The notes under the pieces were generated by a model that ran no database searches, had not been told where the DNA came from, and was given only the letters and a program-made list of their open reading frames with translations. Of a stretch of DNA of 64,000 nucleotides, positions 34,911 through 52,483 are shown one piece after another. The stretch is from the NCBI RefSeq assembly GCF_009914755.1, contig NC_060928.1. One strand, 5' to 3'. The DNA is from the human T2T-CHM13v2.0 reference genome, Homo sapiens. Position 1 is the first letter of the stretch; each line of letters starts with the position of its first letter. The position numbers and the translations under genes are program-made.

Positions 34911-35113
34911 AAATACCGATATCGATATTATTTGTATAGTGGTGCCATATTAACATTCACTTCTAAGAAAGGAAACCTGTAGTAGATTATGTCAGAGGAT
35001 ACTAATGAGCCTTAGACTTAAAGTCTGAAAATCTTGAAGTACTTATCTGATTCTTTCTACCCCAACCCCTAAATTCTATTTACCAGAATTTAGTTCCACT
35101 TAGGCATTTTTAA

Positions 35114-35756
<643 letters not shown>

Positions 35757-36178
35757 TTCAGCACTCTATACTTAGTATTTGCATGTAACTTTTGATAAAA
35801 TTTTATAAAGGCATATAATTAAAATTTCTGAAAAGGGCAAAGTTCAAATGTATTTAACTATAGTTACAAATACAGTATTTTAAATGGAACCAAGAGAAAA
35901 TCTTTCACAAAACATTTTTAAAGGCCAACATCTAAGTTTAGCTCTTTTTAAGGTAACAGAATTACAAAAATTATTTTAAATATCCTAATGAAAAAACAAA
36001 AATACAGATATAAAAACTATGTTCTCACAGTATTAATTAAATATGAAATATCTATAAATAAACTCACTGGGTAGGGAATAGTTCTACAAAGTATGTAAAA
36101 GAAGAAAAAATAAATTTTTTTTAAATTACAAACACCAAATCAGCAAACAAAAATAGTTTAAGAAATTACATAAGGGAA

Positions 36179-36557
<379 letters not shown>

Positions 36558-37312
36558 TCAGATTTTCTGCTAAACCATAGGTTTTCAAATCCTAAATAAT
36601 GTATTTGAGGCTCATCCTGAAATAATCTCCTTCAAAAGATTTAACTCTCACTCAACAACACATTTCACATATAAAATCAGTTTTCTCCATAATCTTAGAC
36701 AGATTTTGCCTAGATAAATTTATTCTACTGCTAACATATCTGGGACACCTGTCCTGATGATGATTCCAAGAGCAAGACTAAAAAATGAGGGTTAATGCAA
36801 ATCAATTCAAATGACGGACTTCAATTTCACAATTATTTTGTATAATGACATAAAACTGGGAATTGCTTCTTCACGAGTCTGTTAATCTGCCTTCCAATAG
36901 GATGATTTTCTATCATTTTCCCCTCCTATGTCAGTACAACTTTCCATTTTCAATAAAAACTTAAGAGACAGCATGCATGATTAAAAGCATAGACCATGGA
37001 GTATGACAGATCTAGATTTGAATCCCAGTTCTGCAAGTCAAAATTCCGATGTGTTCTTGGAAATTTCTCTGAATTTGTTTCCTTTGCCATAAAACATCAG
37101 TAGCTATTTCATATGAACTGCTGTGAGGACTAAGTTAAATAACGGTTGTAAAAATCCTTAGGACAGTTCCTGACATACAGTAAACATTCAATACATGGTA
37201 ATAATAATGATCATGAATTACAAAATCTACATTCTTATCTTCTAGATTCATACCCCTCTCCTTCCTTGCCAATTCTTTAAAAATAACTGGGGGTAAAAAA
37301 TCAATCATTACC

Positions 37313-37620
<308 letters not shown>

Positions 37621-38962
37621 TCAATCATTACCAAAAGCAAAAGAGATCTAGTAGGTCACTTCTTCACCTCCAGTTGTCCTCTTTCTTTCCTACACCTCAA
37701 TAGCCTCAATCATTACCCATACTTAAGAGTACATACTCACTTAATTTGGGCCCAAATGTGCAAAGGGGACCAGTCCTTATTTAACACTGTTACTTAATGA
37801 TGGCTCCTCCATGATGTAAAAATGATACTACATATTCATCTTTCCAACAAACTCAACACCAGAACGGACCTATGTTGTGAAAAAGGAATCAGCCAAAAGC
37901 ACTATTCAGGAAGTATCCATTGGATCAAAGTTTCACTACTGAGTCAAAAATAGGAAGGTCGACTTTAAGAATAAGATGTTCCAAAATATCTAAGCTACTT
38001 TACTTCTAGGATATGCTTTCTAGAAATGCAGAAGAAAAAAGTTCACATGAAAATTTTATCAGCTCCTGGGATTTGCTTCTAATTCATTCAACAAATATTT
38101 GCTGAACACCTATGGGCAAGCACAACACTAAGCACTTGGAAACAAAGGTGACAAGATAATGTGTGGTCTCCCCTCCTGCCAACCCCCATAGAACTTATTT
38201 AAAAGCTTTCCAGTTTTTTGTCTCTCCCATTCATTTGTTAACATACTATATGTCTACAATGTGGCAGGAATGTTAGGTACTTGGGGGAGCAGGTGTTGAC
38301 TAAGACAAGACTCTTGCCCTCAAAGAACTGAGAGATCAGTAGAAAAGAAAAATACAAATAAGGATGTTAAGTGCTATAAAAGCCACAGAGATACTGTGGG
38401 TAACCAGTGGAAAAAAATAACTAATTCTAGTTATATTAATCAGGACACACTTCCTAGGAGATCAATATTTAAGTAGGGTCTGAAGAGACAAATGTTTCCC
38501 AGATGAAAAGAAAAGAATATTCCAAGCAGAGGAAACAGCAAGGTGTAGAGACAAATATACATGAAAGAATATACATGTACACACACATACAAATAGACAT
38601 TAAAGTACATACATGCTGTATATACATGGACACACAACCAGTGTTTGGATACAAGTGAAACAAGTCACCTGAACCACAACATACAGAAAATGATATGACT
38701 TCCCAATTCTTCCAAAGATAATACACAACCCTGTAAATAGCAGAAAAGTCAGTACATTCAAATTCCATCCTTAGGGTATTAAGGCTGAATTCTCTCCCAG
38801 AAATAAGGGGACGGTGGAAGGAGCTCTGAAGGGTAGATTGGATCTGGACTAGAAGGGATCCCAAAGGGATCCCAGCAAAGAAGAGTCAATTCAAGTGGGA
38901 ATACAGAGAAAGAACAGAAGCAAGGCAATTAAGAGGCTCCTGAAATGGACAAGGAATGGTAA

Positions 38963-39165
<203 letters not shown>

Positions 39166-39699
39166 AGGGTCCAATTTTAAACAGTAAACAGGAAAAGTGT
39201 ACACAGAAAAACAAGATCCTAAGTTAAAGAGCCCTTGACTTGGTGAGTAATAAAACATATGGAAAGAGAGAGAGCTCCAAGGTTTCCCCCAATAGATCAT
39301 TCCATTTACCTTGATACTTGTTTTTTAAGTGTACGTTTGACTTTATGAATACACACTACGGCACTCATATCTCATAAGCCCTCTATTCATAATACACTTT
39401 TACATGAATAGCTCGTCATAAAAAAATTAAATTAGTAAAATTCATCTGGAACCTTTTCTCAGTTTCTGAAAAAAGTGTAAGGACTTTTAGATTAATTTTG
39501 GAGTACTTTCCCTGTAACCTTAAAAAGAAATGAAACCTACTAACCTTCTTACATGTCTGTCTTTTAAAATGAATGTTAAATGAAGCCTATCCATGTCTGT
39601 GACTCATCTTTATCAATAATCAGCATGTATACAGAATCTAACTGGCAAAGTACCTTATACAAAGGAACTAAGCTGGGTTTCCCAATGTTGCTTGGCAGG

Positions 39700-39865
39700 G
39701 CTGGCATTCTGGACCAGGTAATTTTTTTGTTGTGGATGCTGTCCTATACCTTGTTTATACCTAACCTCTACCCACGAGATACCAGTAGCACCCTTCCCTC
39801 TCCCCACTCCCCCAAATGACCATCAGAAACATCACCAAATAGTGCCAAATGTCCCCTGGGGACCC
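39700..39865. mobile_element. MER20-like fragment
   Basis: cattctggaccaggtaattttttgttgtgg...ctctacccacgagataccagtagcacc...gccaaatgtcccctgggg. Confidence 0.75.
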
Positions 39866-41229
39866 TGTTATAGATTGTTATATACTAAGCACTGTTTCGA
39901 GCTTCTCATTTACTTCGTTTAATACTAACAAAGAAGTAACCATGAGGTGGGTAGATATCATTTTCCCCTCCTTACAGATAAAGAAACCGAGGGAGGTTAA
40001 ACAACTTGCCAAAGGTCATACAACCAGTAAGTGTGGTAGCCTGTACTTGAACCCAAACAATGATGGCTCAAGTTCCTGCTCCTAATCACTGTTGAGCTCT
40101 ACCACTAATGACCCAGCATTTATCATCTGACACTTGAAAAGTAGTATTTTGAATCTTATCTAGCACTAAAAACTAAAACTACCACCAAGTGACAATTGAA
40201 AGTTCACAAACTCAATTCAAGATAAATTAACAAGCATTTTTTAAGCACTGATTATATGCACAGCAGTTTCAGCAACTAGAGTGGTTCAAAGAAGAAACTA
40301 ACATTTATTAAGGATCTGGCTCCAGGACCCCTTTCACACATTATCTCTTTGAGGTCTCACAACATCCCTGGGTGGTATTATCTTTTTTTCAAGAGAGTAA
40401 GCTCAAGGTCAAAATAGAAAAGTGGTCCCTGACCTAAAAACTTTCACAATTTAATTGGAGAGACCAAAAAAAACACATATTTTAAAGAAAATAAGCAAAT
40501 TAAATGTATCAGTTAACAATAAATAAAGGGTAGAAAACACAAAATATGAGAAAGAAAAGTATACAGTTAGACTAGTCAGAAAATAAATCTAAAAAGATGC
40601 TTCTAGTATCCCCTCCTCTTAAGAAAATGGCATAGAAGAGCAAAAGAGGAGCAGCTGGGGAGGAGCAACATCTCTCTGAATGATGTGAAATACAAGTTTT
40701 GGGGACTGAAAGTTTTGAGATAGCCAATTTAAGTAGTAAGTCAAGGAAATGATGAAAACTATCATTTAAGGCTGCCTTAAAATTAGGATCAAGCTGAAGC
40801 TGGAGACAATAAAGCTAGTCTATGATACGCTTTTAGGGTGCCCCTACCTCCAAACACTCTCAAGCACAGCAACAGGAACAATCAAAAAGTATGTAAAGGT
40901 TAAGACTGCTAGGGTTGGTTAATGAAAGCTTAGACAAAGTCCAACAACCAAATTTCCTGAGTGACACATCATCTATTTTGTTTTGTGTATTTTGTCTCTC
41001 CTAACCAGAAAGTAAGTTTCAAGAGAGCAGGATTTTTGTTTTGCTTATTTAGATCAATTCCTGGCATAGTAGGTGTTCAGTAAATCTGAACTGAATCTGC
41101 TGCTGAATAAAGGCAGTATTCCAAATAGTAACACGTTCAGGAGCAAAGATCACCAATGTCTCAGCATTCAGAAAACCAGCACCCTCACAGAAATAACAAT
41201 AACTTAATACTATAATATTTCTTATTATT

Positions 41230-41460
41230 GCAGCAGCTAACATTTACTGGATGCTAACTTAGGCAGACACTGTGCTAAAGGCTTACATGCATTATCTCAC
41301 TCAATCCTCTTAATTACTCTATAAGGGAAACAGGTACTATTATTATCATCCCAGTTTTAAAAGAAACACACATGGAATAAATAACTTGCCTGAAATCACA
41401 AAGCAGCAGAGCTGGAACCTGGGTCTATCAACTCCAAAGCTTGCCTCTCAGCTACTATGT
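41230..41460 (-). mobile_element. MIR
   Basis: gctaacatttactg...cactgtgctaaag...attatcatcccagtttt...aacttgcctgaaatcaca. Confidence 0.7.
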
Positions 41461-42472
41461 CACATATAGAATTATAAGCACCCCTCTCAGACAAAGCTAG
41501 CGAAATAGAGTCAATGAGGAAAAAACAACAGAACAAAAAAACTCCTCTGTAAGTCAAAAACTCTTTGGCCATCCCCTTCTCCTAGCAGGTATGGTGGAAA
41601 TTTTCCCACCCTAAAATAACACTGATTATCCCATACAAACTAAACCTTCAATGGTTTAAAGAACCCAAATGTTGAAAAGCTATGAATAAAAACCAATAAT
41701 CTAATCATCATTTCAAAGGGTGACAGATAACAAGTGGTAACACCTCATGTCCACAACCCAAAGAAATAACAGGGTGTGACCTCTGACTAAGACTGAACTC
41801 AAAACTTCCGGAGCCACTCTCCCTGATATCTGCCTCTTCTTTCCTCCCTCCTTTACTGCCTCTCTCCCCACCTCTGTACAACCCCACTCTCTTCTCCCGC
41901 TCATTTATTTTAAAAAAAAGGAAATTTTGTTTCCTGTCTAAATGTCTAAATCTGGTAATATAAAAGTTTAGTATTTATCCGCAGGGGGGAAAAATCCACC
42001 TGCATAACACTCAGTAGAAAAAGGCTTCCCCACTCACTGTATAAGCATTCTAGTTTATACTATCAAATTCACACAGCAGTCAATTAAGAGACCACCAATC
42101 ATGCAAAAGAAAACTTACAACCCAAATATTTATTTACACAACCTTCCAGTATTACATACATAATAATCAGGAAGAAATCAAATAAACTAGAGAGAACATG
42201 CTCTTCTTCCCATCCAGGAACTCATTATAAAGTCTTTTTTGAAAAACTATGAAATGTAAAGATCCCTAGAAGCATAATCCAAATCGTTACCAATAAAGAA
42301 AAGTATTTAAAATGCTGAAATTTTTTAAACTAGAATATTCATTAATCATCTAACTAGAGAGCCACTAGCAGATAAACCCATCTAATTTCTACATTTACAC
42401 CAAAATCTAAAGCAAACTTTCCTTAAAAGGAGAAGTCACAGCTAGCAAGATAATCAGTGCTAAAGAATATAT

Positions 42473-43387
42473 TTTTTAAACTTTTATTTTAGGTTTCGGG
42501 GTACATGTAAAGGTTTCATAGGTAAACACATGTCACGAGGGTGTGCTGTACTTATTATTTCAACAACCAGGTATTAAACCCAGTACCCAATAGTTATCTT
42601 TTCTGCTCTTCTCCCTCCTCCAACCCTCCCCCTCAAGTAGACCCCAGTGTCTATTCATTTTGTTCATAAGTTCTTACCATTTAGCTCCCACTTATAAGTG
42701 AGAACACGCGGTACTTGGTTTTCTGTTCCTGCATTAGTGTGCTACGGATAATAGCCTCCAGCTTCATCCATACTCCCACAAAAGACATGATCTCCTTCTT
42801 TTTTATGGCTGCACAGTATCCCATGGTGTGTATGTACCACATTTTCTTTATCCAATCTGTCACTGATGGGCATTTAGATTGATTCCACATCTTTGCTATT
42901 GTGATTAGTGCTGTAAGGAACACGCGTGTGCATGTGTCTTTATGGTAGAATGAATTATATTCTTCTGGGTATATACCCATTAGTAATGGGATTGCTGGGT
43001 GGAATGGTAGTTCTGCTGTTAGCTCTTTAAGGAATCGCGATACTGATTTCCACAATGGTTGAACTAATTTACACTCCCACCAACAGTATATAAGTGTTCC
43101 CTTTTCTCCACAACTTCACTAGCATCTGTTATTTTTTGACTTTTTATAGTAGCCACTCTGAATAGTCTGAGATGGTATCTCATTGTGGTTTTGATTTGCG
43201 TTTCTCTAATGAGTAATATTGAGCTTTCTTTGCTTGTTGGCCACATGTAAGTCTTCTTCTGAGAAGTGTCTATTCACGTCCTTTGTCCACTTTTTAATGG
43301 GGTCGTTTTTCTCTTGTAAATTTAAGTTCTTATAGACGTTGGACAATAGACCTTTGTCAGATGCATAGTTTGCAAGTATTTTCTTCC
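42473..43387 (-). mobile_element. 5'-truncated primate L1 (L1PA15/16-like), ORF2 C-terminus and 3' UTR
   Basis: ORF remnants LPFHPAIPLLMGIYPEE...WIKKMWYIHTM and TTMRYHL; degenerate TSD aagaatatat / aagaatgtat. Confidence 0.9.
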
Positions 43388-44647
43388 AAGAATGTATCTC
43401 AGTCTTTTTTTCTAGCTTAGATTTTTTTCATATACCTTAAATATACAGTTCTATTCAATAAACAGCCAATGAAGGAAAGCATACCAAAACTGTTCTCAAC
43501 ATAGAATTTCTTTCCAAATACAAAAACAATCAAGAAGCATTTATTTATTGTATTGGCCAATAAAACACTGATTATGCCCTACTCGAAGAAAAGGTATTTC
43601 TGAAAACCAATCTTGTATTTAACAAATATTAAGCACACAAAAAAAGGAATTTTTAAAACCCACATACTAATAATTTCAGGAAAAAACAAAAACTAAAATT
43701 AAGTAGTTAAAATAGAATCATGTAAACAAAATTATTTCGATCTTAATTTGAGATGTAAATGACACAGATAAAATTTCCGTTCAACTTCTTAATGATTTTT
43801 TAAAGCTTTTTATTTCCAGGGGTTAAAGAGATGGGCAACTAAAAAGGCTGATAACTGAATTAGATCCTGCTATTTCTAAATGGGCAATTTAAACCACAGT
43901 CACTATCATAATCACTAACTATTCAAAAACGGATTCTTTTCTGGTCCATGCACTACTGAGATCTTTGAAACTAAATTCAAATTCCAGTTATGTTCAAATC
44001 AGTCTTTCTTTTCTATTAAAAAAAAGCCCAACAGTTCTGTCATTTCTTCAGTTTTTAATAAAATGTTAATGAAGTTTTAGATGTTTCTGAAAACACAGAA
44101 TTACTTCAGTATTATTTGTCAAACTCAAGTGTTGAATTTAAATGTTGGGCTTAATATAAGGCCTGATTTAAATCTTCTATCTACAACACACTTTAAAACA
44201 ACTTTAACTTAATAAATTAACACTGATGGGTCAAATGCTATATGCCAGGCACTGGATTAAGAGCTTTGCATGCTTTATATTATCTCATTTAATCCTAACA
44301 ACCACCATGTAAAGGACACGTTTTCCTCCATCAACAGGTGATGCCACCAAAATTAAAAGGATAATAAATAGCTTGTCCAAGGCCATGAAGCCAAGAAATT
44401 ATTGAATTATGAATTACTGAATGCATATTATGAATGTATTTTATTACGTAAATGAGAAGTAAACTAGCTGCCTGTTGCTGACTCCAGGTAGACCTGTTTT
44501 CAACCATTTGGTAATTATAAATTACACTTTTAGTGAAGCAACTCCTTCTCAGACCTAGAGAATGTCATGCAAAGGTATATTACCCCTCATTCACCCCCCT
44601 AAAAAGCATGCAATCCTAAAAGGCTGTTAAAAAATACACACACTCTG

Positions 44648-44948
44648 ACCGGGCACTGTGGCCCCAGCCTGTAATCTCAACACTTTGGGAGGCCATTTCA
44701 GGAGGACTGCTTGAGTCCTGGAGTTTGAGAACCAGCCTGGGCAATATAGTGAGACCCTGTCTTTACAGAATTTTTTTTTTAAATTTGCAGGGTGTGGCAG
44801 TACACACCTATAGTCCCAGCTACTCAGCTACTCAGGAGGCTAAGGTGGGAAGATCACTTGAGCCCAGGGGGTCACGGCTGCAGTGAGCAAGGATCACACC
44901 ACTGCCCTCCAGCCTGGTGACAACAAGCAACCCTGTCTCTAAAAAAAA
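44648..44948 (+). mobile_element. AluJ
   Basis: Diverged Alu with a small cagctact duplication. Confidence 0.88.
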
Positions 44949-45021
44949 TAATTTTATACAAACCACACACACTCTCATAAGCATTGACTAGATCAGGAAT
45001 TTTTGTTAAAAATTTAAAAAT

Positions 45022-45073
<52 letters not shown>

Positions 45074-45087
45074 CACACACACATACA
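45022..45087. repeat. (CA)n/(TA)n microsatellite
   Basis: Seen directly. Confidence 0.95.
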
Positions 45088-45229
45088 TTCTTCCAAAAAC
45101 AAACCAACAATTTGCCTTGAGACTTCACATTTGGAACTGATAATAAACACTGACGGGTTCGTTTAAGATGCTGTGAGATGAAAACGCCAAAGCCAGAGGA
45201 TGTGATCCTCTCAGAGAAAAGGCTAAATA

Positions 45230-46082
45230 ATATTAAAAATATTTTGTAGTCTTTTAATATTTCCTAAATTCCAGAGCAGTCATGCAGAAATGAACATCTA
45301 ACACAATACACTAGGTACAGGTACACAGACAGACAGAAACACACAGAGAGAGAGAGGAAAAAAACATGCTATCTCTTTCTTACAGCCAGATTTCCAGTAG
45401 CTATCTTCCAGATAGAAAGAAAGGGCAAAGGTGACACAGCATAGCAACAGAAACTGCACAGTATCTGACTGATCCACTAGCTGTCCCTTAGGTCTGATGG
45501 GGGAAGAGCAGAAGATACTCAAGCAATAAGGTCTCTTGTGCATTTCTGTTTGTTTCTGATTTTCAACTACGTGCATGGCAGGATAATACAAGACGAACAC
45601 TGGCTCTCATATTTTCTTCTTATAAGCCTTCTGCTTTACAGAAATCAAGTGTTAACTCAAAAATTGTAAAAGAACACCTCAGAAAAATTTAGTTAAATGT
45701 TAAGTTTGTCATTCCAATATCCAGATCAAGTGCTCAAACTGCAGATGCTCCCTCAAATGTTTCACAATTCTTAAGTTGTAATAGGAAGAAATTTTTAAAG
45801 ATACTTGCATGTAAAAATATAATTACTAGAAGATATATATCCCATAGTGTTCAGAAAATGTCACGTACTTTGAGAAAATACATTCCATTTAAACATACTG
45901 TGAAAGGTATCATGAGGAAGTACCAAGGAGGTATCATCAGAAAGCAGCAAAAACATAAAAGTACATTAAGACATAAAACAGGATATTAAGTGATATTAAA
46001 AATATTTTGTAAGGTCTTTTAATATTGCCTAAATTCCAGAGCAGTCATGCAGAAATGAACATCTAGCACAATACGCTAGGTA
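45230..46082 (+). repeat. Spaced ~90-bp direct repeat (45230-45317 and 45993-46082)
   Basis: 3 substitutions and a 2-nt length difference between the copies. Confidence 0.92.
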
Positions 46083-46847
46083 TATCTACACATACATACT
46101 TTGTGTGTGTGTGTGTGTGTGTACATTTTCCCCCATTATACTTAATGGGGGAAAGTCTAAGAACAGGACAAATTAACAGCAAGAATTCATTATTTAACAG
46201 CAACTTTACTCATCTTTTTGTAATGACAATTCAGTTACACTAAAAACATACACATTTTTCCCTGGTCCACTCAAAGTATCAACAAACTGGAATAATTTCT
46301 GTTTGGAGTATTTGCAGATAGAAGATGCACACCTTGTGTCTTTTAAATTGCCACTCATCCTTAGGCTTGGGACAATGATAAAATTACTTGAAAAGACAAA
46401 AATTAAAAGATTTTTTAAAATAATAAGGAAATAATCCTTTCCAAATAAATAGGGAAAGCAACTTTATAGTGACCTTCTAAAAGATGTACTAACATTGTCA
46501 GATTATATACTCTTTTTTTAAAAGGAAGAAGAAAAATTAAAAAGTAAATTGTTAGTTCAATTTAAGTAACAATATGTAGAAATACTACATATAAACTAAA
46601 AGCAGGTTTCAAACTAACTAAAAAGTGATCATTATTGCAAGAGTAATCTCCACCCCTGCCATAAACAAGGGAATCCTAAAATAAATAGGATTTATGAAAC
46701 TAAATATACCATCATCCAATGTTGGTATCTGCTGACATATGAAACAAATATTTTAATATTAACTGTAATGTAAAATTGCACAAAGTGAATTACACTTTCT
46801 GAACAACACATGTGAGAAAGATTCACTCTTAAAAATATAGCAATGCT

Positions 46848-47341
<494 letters not shown>

Positions 47342-47928
47342 TTAAATGATTTAAGTGATTTGTTAATATACACTAGTACTTGAAATTAACAAAACAAAAA
47401 TTGCGATGTGTAATTCTACACACTGAATTAGCCACTGCAAGAGATTAAGACTTTAATAGATAGCAGTATCAAACTTTAATGCTCTTATAATTTGACTCAT
47501 ATTATTCAAACCAACCATAGACACTTCTAATTTTACACACGAAGTAAATGCTTTACATTTATTTTCAGAAGGTTTCAAAAGTATGCCCACAAGCTTCTTT
47601 ACAGATACTTTTGGCCATGATACAAAGCCAGTATATCACTAAATGCCAACTGTGGTTATCTTTAGATAAGAAATGCAGGTAGTCCCTACTTTTTAGCTGC
47701 ATCCCTTTAAAGATGGTATCACCCCGACCCTCAATCCATAGTTTTCATCACCATGAAGGCAAAAGTATTTTGTACAGTAGAGTATGTGCTTTATGCAGAA
47801 TCATTTTAAATGAACTCAGAGAAAAACATCTCATCTAGAAAACAAAGACCACCAAAAATAGCCAGTCCTGGCTTTGTAGTGTAATAAAGCTCATACTGTT
47901 TGTTGGTGGATTTGGCAGTTGTCTATAC

Positions 47929-48110
47929 CAGGAGTCCAAAAACTTCGGCCTATGGGCCAATTGGAGCACGGCAACATTCATTCACTTCCTTGTTGTCTAC
48001 AGCTGCTTTCACACTATAAGAACAGAATTGAAAGTTGTGACAGATCATGTGGCCTGTAAAACCTAAAATATTTACTAACTGGCCCTTTACAAAAATAGTT
48101 TGCCAACTCT
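47929..48110. mobile_element. MER58-like hAT MITE
   Basis: gtggcctgtaaaacctaaaatatttactaactggccctttacaaaaatagtttgccaact. Confidence 0.75.
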
Positions 48111-50054
48111 TTCTCTACACAATGAGATGTCAGAAGCACCAGAAGACTTCTCCAAGAACCATCTCCAAAGTACAATGAAATGAGCCTATGCATGGCCTTT
48201 GGGGTCATCTGGTGGGTGCTAAAACACACACACACACACAAACATATACCCTCAAGGCTCTCTAATTCCCTATCAATCCAAAAGTTGCCAAGGCAAAGTA
48301 CATGAAGTTACCACTCTTCCCACTGTCCTCACTAGTAAATAACATTAACTATAAGTGGCTGCCTTCTAAAATTCATCTGAACATGGCTTCGACTGCACAA
48401 AAAATGTTGTGGAAAGTGGAGGATGACAAGAGAAGGCCTCCATATGGCATATAATCCAATCCCTATATTTTCACCCTAGAATCACCTTAGACCTATCTCC
48501 TTGTTGAAACATCTCTTCCCCAGAGTTTCTGCCATTTGAATAATCACTGTTAAGAAGTCAGAGAAGCTACTAGGAAGGTGCAGAATTCCAACTAAGGAAC
48601 ACAAAAAAGTGTGAATATATATTTCCTTCCTCACAATCCTTAATCCTGTTAAAGTCAATACTAAATGCAAGCCGCAAAAATGTCTACATTTTTTTAAATG
48701 CCAAGTTGCTTTTTTTTAATAAAAAGTTTAAAAGGAAAAAAAAAAAAAAAGCATGTTCAGCACTACTGTGCCTACACAGGGATATCCCCTCCATTGTATG
48801 GGACACAAAGACACACACCAACTGTGAACAAGGGAAGCAGCCTTCTCTGTCAGCTATTTTTGGCCTCACTTCGTCATATCAAGACCAAACGTAGGATAAT
48901 AATGCACAGTGAACTTTAAAACATGAATTTGAGGAAACAAATCTGTCCTTCTATTTATAAATTCCTTAACAATGAAATTATTATTAAGTATACTCTTCTG
49001 AACTTAATCTCAAGGGACCTATATACCCTATTTAAAAAAAAAAAAAAATTTTAGCTTGTTTCAAAAATACAGAATAATATACCCTGGGACTAAACTGGTG
49101 GCCATGTTTAAAGCCTGCTCATTCCTTTTTAACTTCAACTCTTATCCACTTCTAAAACATCTATTTTAGGTAGTGTCTCATTCATTCAGATTTTCCCCCT
49201 AACTAAAAATACCCACTTTTCAGCTCTTCACTTTCCATCAGTACTCTGGGAAACCTAAATACTTTGAAAATAATTCCAACTTTACATTTTCAGTATATTA
49301 CCTGCTAAACTATTTTGCTGTTTTGAAACTGCACCAGTATCCAATTGTTGCCCTAAAATTTCACATCCAAAGCAAAGTCTACTGTCCCATTTCTAAACTC
49401 TTTTTTGTAAGAAGCCACTTTCAACACACTAAGCATCTTCTTTTTCACTCCTCCTTCTGTATAGCCCTGGATAGCCACGATATAATAAAAATGTTGGTTC
49501 CCTAGAAAAACAAAATCCTAATCCAGGCATACAGCTTTTACCTAAAATGTAATTTCTCCCCAGTCATCTGAAATTACTCTCAGGAACACTCTTCTCAGTT
49601 GCTTCTTTGAACTGTAATCATGTGTCTACACAAACACAACTGACCCTAACACTACTCAACAACCTCTATCTGTATTCCCTTCAAACCAGCTTCGTAATTT
49701 TATCTGTCCCTTATGCCTTTCAATTCCAAAAGTCTTAAATATTGTGTCTCCACTTGCTCTTTTCTTCCTAAAAGAAACCTTCCCAGATTTGGCTTCAATA
49801 CTTCAATTAGTTCTATATGTACACGTCCAAAAGCAACATTTCCCTAGTGAAAAATGTAAAAATATATTCACATCTATAAGTTGACAATATCTAACATCCA
49901 GTGCGGTCTTAGATAAATATTGGTCTATCCCCCCTCTCCTATAGCTTTGTGCAATTTGTGTTTGATTGTCTCCACCACCTACAAGTAAAAGCATCTCAAA
50001 GGCAGGGACCCCAAAAACTTTGTCATTTCTACCCAAACGTGCAATAAAACATTA

Positions 50055-50442
<388 letters not shown>

Positions 50443-52483
50443 CTACATTCAAACTATAGTTTGTTTCTTAGTTTGTCCTCCCCTCCTTCCCAAAATACAG
50501 CTTCTACTGTATTTTGGGTACAGTATTTTAGAAAATGACTACATTTCTCTTTGCAATATCTTAGTGAAAAACAGAATACGTGACTCTGATTCTAACATTA
50601 CATCCACTATTCAGTATTTTCATGTCAGTACACATTTAAAGGACAGAATTTAAAGTTCCTTACCAAAGCATAACAAGGCAACTAAAGAAAAACAATTCAG
50701 TGGGAGAAGTTCCAGAGGAGGGAAAAGTGGTCAAATGAAAGACATTATTCTAAGACAACAGTTGGAGAAACTGATGGTAGAAATAATGAAAGTCCATAAA
50801 ATTAAGAAAAGATGAACTGAGGCTTGTCCTGATAATTCTTGAAACACAAACTCTGACTGTGTCCTGAAAGTTTAGGGACACAGGTATGGAATATGTAAAT
50901 GAACTGTCACATAATACACAGGCTAATAAACTTGCAGAACTCATTACTTTAAAAAAAAGGACCAAACATTGTTAAGTTTGAGAAAGTTTTAAATTAATCT
51001 AATCAAGATCCTGAATGGAGAACTTCGAAAAGAGAGATAACCCCAGGCTTACATTCATTCCCACAAAGTATCTCTCAGCAGTGGCTTCAGACAGAACGAG
51101 CCCACAGTTGTCTAGACGGACCACAATTCTCAGTATACTACTGTCTATGTCTTCTTACATAAAATTCTGCTCTATGTTTAACCCTTAAGGTCTGTATATG
51201 AAATATTAATTACTTTCATAAACCTTTAATTTGGTACTCTGACAAGATACCTAAAATACAAGTCAAAGGTTTTATAAACTTCAGCTTTAAAATAATGGAA
51301 GGAAAAAATCATTCCTGACTTAAATATCAAAGATGTATCCTAAATTGATACAGAAATAAAGATAATTCAAAAAAGCAAAGCCTCAAACCAAATAAAAAAG
51401 TGCTGTAATTTGTTACTCTAAAAAAAAAAAGGGGGGGGTGAAAGGGAAAAAATCACAACTTTTATAAAATGATTAATGTGATAAATGCTCTTCCCCAAGT
51501 AAGTTGTGATTCCTAACAACTCAAGTTCCTGAGTAACTGACATCTGTTACAGTGTCCTCCTGACACACATGAAATTGGACCCAGTAACTGAGAAGGTTAA
51601 CTCCTGTACCAATAGGTACTGAAATGAACCTCTCTCAAAACAGGTTTGTTGTTGTTTTTTAAAAAAGGAATTTTACTTTCAGGGGTCCACAGGTTAAGTA
51701 GTTCTCATTCGGGAACCTATATGAGAGTACCCCCGAAACAAAAAGTACACCGCACACACCCACAGTACCAGGAAAAGGTTACAGATACAGATGGCCTCTG
51801 TGCGCACATATGCTCTGGCTTCCTCAATTTCCCTTTGCCAACTGCTGGCCAGAAAGGTGCGAGTATTCACTTTGGAGAAAAGACTCCTCCGACAGAAACC
51901 TGCATACTTGCATTACTCGTACAAAGAGCTAAAAAGTTACAAAATACAGGCCTCCCTAACACCTTCCCCCCTCCGTGAATAAAGCTAGACTCCCTCATTG
52001 ATAGACTCCCAACACTACTGGAGAACATCAGCAAAACTCCAGGAGGAAGCGCCGGCATCCTCCCACTTTCTCCCCCTCAATTCCCTCTCCCGGGGCCACT
52101 CACACTTTTAGAAAAGAGCCGCGGCGCCGAGAAAGTGGGTTGGTTCCCTTCCTCCTTCGGACTGAAGCGGCAGCTGCGGAAGGCTCCGGCGCGGTACTGA
52201 GGAAGAAGCGGTGCTCGTGTCGCTAAACCAGGCGGCAACCCGGGTCTCTTCCGCGCTGCCAGGGGAGGGGAGGCGGCGGCCCCGCTTACCTCCTCTTTTC
52301 CTCTTCCTGGGTCTTTTCAGGCTGCGGCTTCTGCCCGTCCAGGGCCACTTCTCCCGGGACAGTCAGGTTTGGGAGACTCCGGATTTTGTTTTTGTAAAGT
52401 TTCCTCTGGGTGGAGGCTGCGGCCGGCCCCCCGGGTCCCCCCCGGCCCCGCCGCCCTCGGGACTGGGGCGGGGGAGGGGGGCT

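Noticed and set aside
42681-43246. 124-aa and 60-aa ORFs with protein-like composition
   Set aside because: Frameshifted L1 ORF2p C-terminal remnants in a truncated L1.
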